Source: Vicinamibacteria bacterium
GTDB lineage: Bacteria > Acidobacteriota > Vicinamibacteria > Fen-336
Reading direction: 5' to 3'
Assembly (NCBI GenBank): GCA_041493035.1
Contig: JBGPYB010000002.1
Location: 29,087 to 93,086 of the forward strand
Length of the DNA: 64,000 nt
Position 1 is the stretch's first letter. Every line of letters begins with the position of its first letter. Below the pieces are notes generated by a model. That model did not search any database, was not told where the DNA came from, and saw nothing but the letters and a program-made list of their open reading frames with translations. Below, piece after piece: positions 57,835 through 64,000 of this stretch. The translations under genes and the position numbers were made by a program.

Positions 57835-59280
57835 GTGCCCATGGAGATCCTGACGGACGACCTTCGGACGATGGAAGAGCGCTGGACCCGCCGCGCGTTC
57901 CTGGGACGATCCGCAGCCGGCCTCGGTTCCCTCGCCCTGGGACTGCTCCTCGGCCCGAAGCGCCTCTGGTCCGAGGCCGCCGACAAATGGCGCGGCGTCG
58001 TCGAGCCTTTGCACTTCGTGCCGAAAGCCAAGCGCGTCATCCACATCTACCAGGCGGGCGGCCCGTCGCACCTGGAGCTCTTCGACTACAAGCCGAAGCT
58101 CGCGGAGATGAACGACCAACCGATGCCCGAGTCCTTCACGAAGGGGCAGCCCATTGCCCAGCTCCAGAACCAGCAGCTCCGCTGCTTCGGTCCGCAGCAT
58201 CCGTTCCAGCGCTTCGGCCAGTCGGGGCAAGAGATCTCGGCGTTGCTGCCACACATCGGCTCCATCGCCGACGACATCTGCGTCGTCCGCTCCATGCAGA
58301 CCGAGCAGATCAACCACGACCCCGCCCACACGTTCATGAACACGGGGAGTCAGATCTCGGGGCGCCCGTCGGCGGGATCCTGGGTCTGGTACGGCATCGG
58401 CGCCGAGGCCGAGGACCTGCCGGGCTTCGTCGTCCTGATGTCCCAGGGCCGTGGCGGGCAGATGCAGCCGATCGCCGCCCGGCAGTGGCACAGCGGCTTC
58501 CTGCCGAGCCGCTTCCAGGGGGTCCAGTTCCGATCGAAGGGCGACGCGGTCCTCTATCTGCGCGACCCCGCCGGCGTGACGCGCTCCCAGCAGCGCGACC
58601 TGATCGACACCGTCGAGGCGCTCACCAAGAGCCAGCCCGAGTGGGTAGACGACCCCGAGGTCTCGGCCCGCCTCAGCCAGTACGAGATGGCGTTCAAGAT
58701 GCAGACGAGCCTGCCGGCGCTCACCGACTTCTCGAGCGAGCCCCGAGCGGTCCTCGAGGCGTACGGCGTCGAGCGCATGGACGGCTCCTTCGCAGCCAAC
58801 TGTCTCCTGGCCCGCCGGATGGCCGAACGTGGCGTGCGCTTCATCCAGCTCTACCACCGCGACTGGGACCACCACAGCCGGTTGAAGGCCGACATCGTCA
58901 TGAAGGCCAAGGAGGTTGACCAGGCTTCGGCCGCACTCGTCAAGGACCTGAAGCAGCGCGGGATGCTCGACGAGACCCTCGTGCTCTGGGGCGGCGAGTT
59001 CGGCCGGACGCCGATGGCCCAGGGGGACGGCCGCGATCACCACATCAAGGGCTTCTCGATGTGGCTCGCGGGCGGCGGCATCCGCGGCGGGTTGAGCCAC
59101 GGAGCCACCGACGAGCTGGGTTACATGGCCGAGAAGGATGTTGTCTCCGTCCACGACCTCCACGCCACGATGATGTATCTCCTCGGCATCGACCACACCA
59201 AGCTGACGTTCAAGTTCCTGGGGCGGGACTTCCGCCTCACCGACGTCCACGGCGAAGTGGTCAAGCCGATCCTGGCTTGA
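57835..59280 (+). CDS. DUF1501-domain protein (sulfatase/alkaline-phosphatase superfamily-like) with a Tat-type signal
   Basis: It follows the DUF1553 gene after 3 nt. The Tat-like N-terminus reads RRAFLGRSAAGLGSLAL. The DUF1501 core is present. Confidence 0.85.
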   Translation: MPMEILTDDLRTMEERWTRRAFLGRSAAGLGSLALGLLLGPKRLWSEAADKWRGVVEPLHFVPKAKRVIHIYQAGGPSHLELFDYKPKLAEMNDQPMPESFTKGQPIAQLQNQQLRCFGPQHPFQRFGQSGQEISALLPHIGSIADDICVVRSMQTEQINHDPAHTFMNTGSQISGRPSAGSWVWYGIGAEAEDLPGFVVLMSQGRGGQMQPIAARQWHSGFLPSRFQGVQFRSKGDAVLYLRDPAGVTRSQQRDLIDTVEALTKSQPEWVDDPEVSARLSQYEMAFKMQTSLPALTDFSSEPRAVLEAYGVERMDGSFAANCLLARRMAERGVRFIQLYHRDWDHHSRLKADIVMKAKEVDQASAALVKDLKQRGMLDETLVLWGGEFGRTPMAQGDGRDHHIKGFSMWLAGGGIRGGLSHGATDELGYMAEKDVVSVHDLHATMMYLLGIDHTKLTFKFLGRDFRLTDVHGEVVKPILA

Positions 59281-60650
59281 TGGCGGAAGCCCCCGAGTCC
59301 ACCAGCGACGGGCTGCGGCGCGTCATCGGTTTCTGGGGCGGGACCGCCCTCATCGTCGGGATCACGATCGGCAGCGGCATTTTCCGGAAGCCCTACACCC
59401 TCGCGCGCGACGTCCAGGACCCCATCGTCATCCTGGCTCTCTGGGCGGGCTTCGGTGTCGTCAGCCTCTGCGGTGCCCTGGCCCTGGCCGAGCTGGCGGC
59501 GATGCTGCCGAAGACAGGCGGCGTCTACGTGTACCTCCGAGCGGCCTACGGAGACGGCGCCGCGTTCGTGGTCGGCTGGCTGTATCTGCTCGTGAGCACG
59601 CCCGCGACCCTCGGTGCTCTCTCCACGTTCTTCGCCGAGCTGCTGACGGGCCTCCTCGGCGTCGATGCAAGGACGAGACCCGAATGGGTGGTGCCGGTCG
59701 TCGCTGGAGCGACGATCGCGATCCTGTCGCTGGCCAACCTTCTCGGCGCGCGGCTTGGCTCCGCGATCCAGGGCGCCCTCACGATCATCAAGGTGAGCGC
59801 GATCGTGGCCATGGTGCTCACGATCTTTCTTCTGGCTCCGGGCAGCTTCGGCCACATCGCGCCGAGCGTGGGGGGTGCCCAGAACCTGGGGAGCGGCGCG
59901 GCCTCGGTGATCTGGGCCTACGACGGCTGGGTGGCCGTCAGCATGATCGCCGGCGAGATCATCGCTCCCGAGAAGAAGATGAAGGGCATCATCGTCGCCG
60001 GGATGCTCACCATCGTGGCCCTCTACCTGGGCGCGAACGTGGCCTATTTCTACGCCATGCCCATGGACGTCATGGCTCAGGAGGTCGGCGGCATCCCCCA
60101 GCGGCTCATGGGCGATCTCCTCGGGCCCTGGGCGCGCGCGGGGATCGGTGTCGCCATCTTGTGCAGCGTCTTCGGTGCCCTGAACGGCAACATCCTCTCC
60201 AAGCCTCGCGTCTCGTACGCCCTGTCCCGCGACGGCCTCACGTTCCAGTTCCTGGGGCGACCCCATCCGCGCTGGGCGACTCCCTACTGGGCCATCGTCA
60301 TCGAAGCGCTCGTCGCCCTCGTCCTCATCGCGGTGCTCCGAGACTTCGACGCTCTCACGACGTACTTCGTCGTGGTGGAGTGGGCGTCGCTCCTGTTCGC
60401 GGTCGGTGCGGTGTTCGTGCTGCGCCGCCGGATGCCGGATGCTCCACGGCCGTTCCGCACGCCCGCCTACCCGTGGGTGCCGCTCGTCTTCATCGTCGGC
60501 ACATTTCTCGGTCTCGTCGCCATCGTGAGCGGGGAGGTCGCGCGCCCGGTCCCGAACTACGCGCCGCTCTTCGGCCTCCTGATCGCAGTGGCGGGATTCC
60601 CCGTCTATCGAATCTGGCGGCGACTCGTCCCAGCGAAGGGAGAAGCATGA
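59280..60650 (+). CDS. APC-superfamily amino-acid permease
   Basis: Its ATG overlaps the DUF1501 stop (TGATG). The product has 12 TM segments and the APC signature GSGIFRKPYT. Confidence 0.85.
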   Translation: MAEAPESTSDGLRRVIGFWGGTALIVGITIGSGIFRKPYTLARDVQDPIVILALWAGFGVVSLCGALALAELAAMLPKTGGVYVYLRAAYGDGAAFVVGWLYLLVSTPATLGALSTFFAELLTGLLGVDARTRPEWVVPVVAGATIAILSLANLLGARLGSAIQGALTIIKVSAIVAMVLTIFLLAPGSFGHIAPSVGGAQNLGSGAASVIWAYDGWVAVSMIAGEIIAPEKKMKGIIVAGMLTIVALYLGANVAYFYAMPMDVMAQEVGGIPQRLMGDLLGPWARAGIGVAILCSVFGALNGNILSKPRVSYALSRDGLTFQFLGRPHPRWATPYWAIVIEALVALVLIAVLRDFDALTTYFVVVEWASLLFAVGAVFVLRRRMPDAPRPFRTPAYPWVPLVFIVGTFLGLVAIVSGEVARPVPNYAPLFGLLIAVAGFPVYRIWRRLVPAKGEA

Positions 60651-61051
60651 CCAAGCACGTGATTCAGACGGAGAAGGGCGTTCCGCCGCAAGGTGCTTAC
60701 TCCCAGGGATGGCGCGCAGGGGACTTCGTGTTCGTCAGCGGGACCGGGCCCGTCGATCCGGCCACTGGGAAGCTCGTGGGGGACACGATCGAGTCGCAGA
60801 CCGAACGCGTCATCGACAACCTCGAGCTTATTCTCGCCGCCGCCGGCGCCTCTCTCGGAGACGTCGTCAAGGTCACGGTCCACCTGAGCGACACGAGCCT
60901 CTTCCCCCGCTACAACGCGGTCTATGCGCGGCGCTTCCGGCAGCCCTATCCCGTGCGCACGACCGTGGGCAGCGACCTCGGCCATCTTCCGGGGATGCTC
61001 GTCGAGATCGACTGCACCGCGTATCTCCCGGTCAAGGCGTCCGAGAAATAG
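60647..61051 (+). CDS. ridA: RidA/YjgF-family reactive-intermediate deaminase
   Basis: An ATGA overlap joins it to the permease gene. The motifs are PQGAYSQGWRAGDFVFVSGTG and the C-terminal PVRTTVG. Confidence 0.85.
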   Translation: MTKHVIQTEKGVPPQGAYSQGWRAGDFVFVSGTGPVDPATGKLVGDTIESQTERVIDNLELILAAAGASLGDVVKVTVHLSDTSLFPRYNAVYARRFRQPYPVRTTVGSDLGHLPGMLVEIDCTAYLPVKASEK

Positions 61052-61112
61052 GGGCCCCGGGAAGCGCTCCACATCCGATAGACTGGGGTCGCACGGAATC
61101 GAAGGGGGCGAG

Positions 61113-61757
61113 ATGGGGAAGGTCGCGCTGTTGGTCCTCGTGGTGATCGTCGCGGTCGTGTTGATCGCCGGGTTGGGAGGTGTCGGCGTCTACAATCGAC
61201 TCGTCTCGCTCGGGCAAGGGGTCGACGCTCAGTGGGCGCAGGTGGAGAACGTCTACCAGCGCCGCGCGGACCTCGTGCCGAACCTCGTGGCCACGGTCCA
61301 GGGTGCCGCCAACTTCGAGAAGTCGACGCTCAGTGCCGTGACCGAAGCGAGGGCCAGCGTCGGAAAGGTCGAGGTCAGCGGCAAGGACCTCGTCAACAAT
61401 CCTGAGGCCTTCGCCAAGTGGCAGGCGGCGCAGGACGGCCTCTCGAGCGCGCTGTCGCGTCTCCTCGTCGTTTCCGAGAACTACCCGGAGCTGAAAGCCA
61501 CCCAGGCCTTCCGCGACCTTCAGGGCCAGATCGAGGGGAGCGAGAATCGGATCACCGTGGAGAGAGGGCGCTTCAACGAGGCGGCGCAGGCTTACAACAC
61601 CGCGCGCTTGCAGTTCCCCGGCAACCTCGTCGCCGGCATCGGCGGCTTCGGCGAAAAGGCCTACTTCAAGGCCCAGGCGGGCTCGGAGCGAGCACCGAAG
61701 GTGCAGTTCCAGTCCGCGGTGCCGAGTCGACTCGTTCTCGCCCCGACGCGCGTGTAG
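61113..61757 (+). CDS. lemA: LemA-family protein
   Basis: An N-terminal TM is followed by the conserved LemA blocks YNRLVSLGQGVDAQWAQVENVYQRRADLVPNLV and YPELKATQAFRDLQ. Confidence 0.85.
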   Translation: MGKVALLVLVVIVAVVLIAGLGGVGVYNRLVSLGQGVDAQWAQVENVYQRRADLVPNLVATVQGAANFEKSTLSAVTEARASVGKVEVSGKDLVNNPEAFAKWQAAQDGLSSALSRLLVVSENYPELKATQAFRDLQGQIEGSENRITVERGRFNEAAQAYNTARLQFPGNLVAGIGGFGEKAYFKAQAGSERAPKVQFQSAVPSRLVLAPTRV

Positions 61758-61783
61758 CCGGGCGGACTGCCCAGCCCGAAGCC

Positions 61784-62137
61784 TCAAGCCCCCGTCAAGA
61801 AGTCTGGCGGAGCGAGCAAGCGGCGCCGACGCAGCGGTTCGGGGCCCTCGTCCTCGCACAGCTTGCGCAAGCGCGGTAGGATCCCGGCCGCGCGGACAAG
61901 GAGGACGGGCACCGGGGCCGCGCCGACGTCACTCGTCCACGCCGGCGGCAGCTGAGACGCTCTCTCCGAAAGCATTTCCGCCACGCCCGCGGCGACCGCC
62001 ATGGCCGAAGCGTCGAGTCCGTCAGGCCGTAGGATTGTCGGCCAGAAGACTCCGGATCGGCGCGCGTCGGCGACCCATTGTCGAGCGGCGAGCGCGTCCT
62101 GGGCGAGCAGGGCCTCCACGAGATCACGCAGTTCCAT
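61784..62137 (-). CDS. Hypothetical protein (117 aa) downstream of rluA
   Basis: A GGGAGG SD lies 7 nt upstream of the ATG (revcomp of 62135-62137). I recognise no family. Confidence 0.45.
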   Translation of the reverse strand: MELRDLVEALLAQDALAARQWVADARRSGVFWPTILRPDGLDASAMAVAAGVAEMLSERASQLPPAWTSDVGAAPVPVLLVRAAGILPRLRKLCEDEGPEPLRRRRLLAPPDFLTGA

Positions 62138-62208
62138 GAGCGGCCTCCCACAGATCCTCGAAGGCGTGTGTTGAGTGTAGCAGGCTGACGGTTGCACTCC
62201 GTCTCGCG

Positions 62209-63036
62209 TCAAATGCGCAATTCGGCCGGCGGGGCGCATTCGAGGTCGAGGCGCCTTCCCGTGACCGGGTGCGTGAGGCTCAGCCTGTGCGAATGGAGCC
62301 GATACCCCGGGTCGCCCGGGAGCCCCGGATCCGCTCCCGGCACGCCCCCCGCGACGTAGAGAGGATCGCCCAAGAGCGGATGTCCCGCGGCGGCGAGGTG
62401 AATCCGGATCTGATGCGGTCGTCCCGTCGGTATCGTCGCCTCCACGACGCTGTTCCCGGCACGGCTGTCGAGGACCCTAACGTGGGTCAGGGCGGGCTTT
62501 CCATCCGGGGACGCAGCGTGCACGAAACCCAGACGGGAGTGGGGGACGTGGCCGATGGGCGCGTCGATCGAGAACGTCGCTCGATCGGGGACGCCGACGA
62601 CCAGGGCTCGATAGACCTTCTCCACTCGACCGTCTCGCCAGGCCGCCGAGACCTCGCGCCGCGCCAAGGGCGTTCGCGCGAAGAGCAGCAGGCCCGACGT
62701 GCCTCGTCCGAGGCGGTGCATGGGCGTGGCTTCCGGGAAGGATCGCCGCACCACGTGAAGCAGTGTGTGGGTCAGGAAGCCGCCGTTCGGGATGGAGGGG
62801 AGACCGCGGGGTTTTGCCACCGCCAGGAGGTGCTCGTCGCGGTAGAGGACGGCGAAGGCGAGAGGCACGTCGGCCTCTTCCCAGGGAGGTCGCCGCCAGA
62901 CGAGGGATTGCCCCCCGCGAAGCACGTCCTCGGCGTGAGCCGGAGCGCCATCGAGAAGCACTTCGCCCTCGGCGATCCGCTGGCGCCACGCTGCTTCGCT
63001 CGAGTGTCGGTGCCGCCGGGCGAAGTGGGCCAACAC
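62209..63036 (-). CDS. RluA-family pseudouridine synthase (RluD-like, S4 + catalytic domain); start uncertain
   Basis: The catalytic motif is LLAVAKPRGLPSIP ... HRLGRGTSGLLLFART. The GTG at 63036 was chosen as the start because the upstream extension overlaps the cNMP gene. Confidence 0.75.
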   Translation of the reverse strand: MLAHFARRHRHSSEAAWRQRIAEGEVLLDGAPAHAEDVLRGGQSLVWRRPPWEEADVPLAFAVLYRDEHLLAVAKPRGLPSIPNGGFLTHTLLHVVRRSFPEATPMHRLGRGTSGLLLFARTPLARREVSAAWRDGRVEKVYRALVVGVPDRATFSIDAPIGHVPHSRLGFVHAASPDGKPALTHVRVLDSRAGNSVVEATIPTGRPHQIRIHLAAAGHPLLGDPLYVAGGVPGADPGLPGDPGYRLHSHRLSLTHPVTGRRLDLECAPPAELRI

Positions 63037-63101
63037 CGTCGTCCCGCGGACCTCGGGGCCGACCTGCTCGCGGTAGTCGAAGCCTGCGTTCAGTGCCGCC
63101 G

Positions 63102-63473
63102 TCAGTCCCGCGCCAGCTCGCGGCGCAGGCGTCCCACGACGAGCCGCAGCAACTCCAGGGCGAAGCCGGGCACCTTTTGAACGAGCTGGTTGAAGGTCGG
63201 TTCGTCGATGACGGTCAGCCGGCAATCCGGGCCGGCCACGGCCGTGGCGCTGCGCGGGGCCGGGTCGATGAGCGACATCTCCCCGAAGAGGGCACCGGGT
63301 CCCAGCGTCTCGAGAAACTCACCGTCCTTCCGCAGTGACACCGTCCCATCCCGCACGACGAACAGCTCGTGGCCCTCTTGCCCCTCGGCGAAGATCACGG
63401 TCCCTTCCTCGAAGGCTCGCGGATGCTCGTCCACGAACGCGAGCATCTCACTGTAGCGTCGGACCTCTCGCAT
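63102..63473 (-). CDS. Stand-alone cyclic-nucleotide-binding (CAP/Crp effector-domain) protein, no HTH
   Basis: The cNMP-binding fold reads FEEGTVIFAEGQEGHELFVVRDGTVSL ... GPGALFGEMSLID ... RSATAVA. The product is 123 aa, with GGGAGGG 8 nt upstream of the ATG. Confidence 0.65.
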   Translation of the reverse strand: MREVRRYSEMLAFVDEHPRAFEEGTVIFAEGQEGHELFVVRDGTVSLRKDGEFLETLGPGALFGEMSLIDPAPRSATAVAGPDCRLTVIDEPTFNQLVQKVPGFALELLRLVVGRLRRELARD

Positions 63474-63501
63474 CTCCTGACCCTCCCTAGTTACGGGCGG
63501 C

Positions 63502-64000
63502 TCACCGGCTTTCCTCGGGCGAGGCGCCCGCCAGAAGGAACACCAGTGGAGCGTTCCAGTTGATGGCAATTTCGTTGGTGGCGTACGACGCCTCCTCGTC
63601 CAGATACATCTTGGCTGGTGGGAGGTCGGCGAGCTTCCCCATGGCCGGATCCTGCCGCGACCGGTTGGGGCCGCCGGACAGAAGGCCGGGCCACGGCTCG
63701 GGCTTGTCGTCGGCGCCGCTCGGTCGGTGATGGGGATGACGGAAGGGGTTGGCTCCCACCTGCGTGACGAAGGAGAGCGAGAACGTGTTCCGCCCCATGA
63801 GGTAGTGGAGATTCTCCATCGCCGCCTCGACATACCGTGGGTCGGCGCGCAAGGCGTTCGCCACGAGCAATTGGACTCCGTAGTTGGCGGCAACGCCGTT
63901 CGAGCCCCAGACGTAGTCGGACGACGTCATGCTGATGCGGTAGCCGTTGTGACCCGAACGCTCGACGATCGCGTCAGCCGCCGCCAGAGAGTCGTGGCGA
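63502..64000 (-). CDS. Glycoside hydrolase family 9 (endoglucanase-like), C-terminal part; the gene continues beyond the window edge
   Basis: The GH9 C-terminal catalytic region carries NEIAINWNAPLVFLLAG and GGPNRSRQD. The ORF stays open toward 64000. Confidence 0.6.
   Translation of the reverse strand, partial: RHDSLAAADAIVERSGHNGYRISMTSSDYVWGSNGVAANYGVQLLVANALRADPRYVEAAMENLHYLMGRNTFSLSFVTQVGANPFRHPHHRPSGADDKPEPWPGLLSGGPNRSRQDPAMGKLADLPPAKMYLDEEASYATNEIAINWNAPLVFLLAGASPEESR

Noticed and set aside
1-64000. Search for an integrase, transposase, phage genes or CRISPR-cas that might define a mobile island around the toxin-antitoxin region or the AT-rich regulator.
   Set aside because: None of the supplied ORF translations shows recombinase, transposase or Cas motifs. 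Intergenic spaces are all under 200 bp and hold no repeat arrays.

Overview
This 64 kb window is very GC-rich (about 68%) and gene-dense. Its gene content suggests an Acidobacteriota-like organism: a long TonB-dependent / carboxypeptidase-regulatory-like receptor, a membrane Ser/Thr kinase with a PD40/TolB-like beta-propeller, PSCyt-DUF1549-DUF1553 and DUF1501 proteins, a CRTAC1 protein, and Sel1 and TPR repeat proteins. The assignment is an inference from gene content only. I found no rRNA, tRNA, CRISPR array, transposase or integrase.

Most of the window is chromosomal housekeeping:
- A tightly coupled tyrosine-catabolism operon runs hmgA - unknown - fahA - hppD - gpx.
- A near-complete pentose-phosphate / glucose-6-phosphate supercluster runs pgl, tkt, rpiB, a tal-pgi fusion, gnd, zwf, a ROK kinase and a histidine phosphatase.
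- aroG (DAHP synthase) and mscL are present.
- A glycoside-hydrolase set comprises a large GH106-like enzyme, a GH3 enzyme, a YpfJ peptidase and a partial GH9 enzyme at the window edge.
- Many outer-membrane and secreted proteins are present.

Several accessory or unusual regions stand out:
1. A toxin-antitoxin islet at about 24.2-29.9 kb contains DUF433/DUF5615, Phd/VapC and HepT/MNT pairs. They are interleaved with one intact Ser/Thr-kinase/PD40 gene and two remnants of paralogous kinase genes. The 3'-terminal roughly 55-70 bp of the kinase gene occurs three times as a direct repeat. One paralogue is reduced to its 5' and 3' ends. The intact copy has lost its stop codon (TAG to TGG).
2. A fourth toxin-antitoxin-like pair (DUF4160/DUF2442) abuts a probably truncated outer-membrane beta-barrel gene at the window start.
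3. An uncharacterised 297-aa gene is translationally coupled between hmgA and fahA, exactly where a maleylacetoacetate isomerase would be expected, and no GST-type isomerase is visible.
4. A one-polypeptide wHTH + GHKL-ATPase + STAS-like (DUF4325) regulator follows an 82-bp AT-rich island carrying a perfect 14-bp inverted repeat.
5. A secreted IPT - collagen (GXY x17) - lamin-tail-domain protein is followed by two coupled secreted/OmpA-like genes.
6. The PSCyt/DUF1553 and DUF1501 pair is translationally coupled to an APC amino-acid permease and a RidA deaminase.

All calls come from reading the sequence and the supplied ORF translations. No database search was run.
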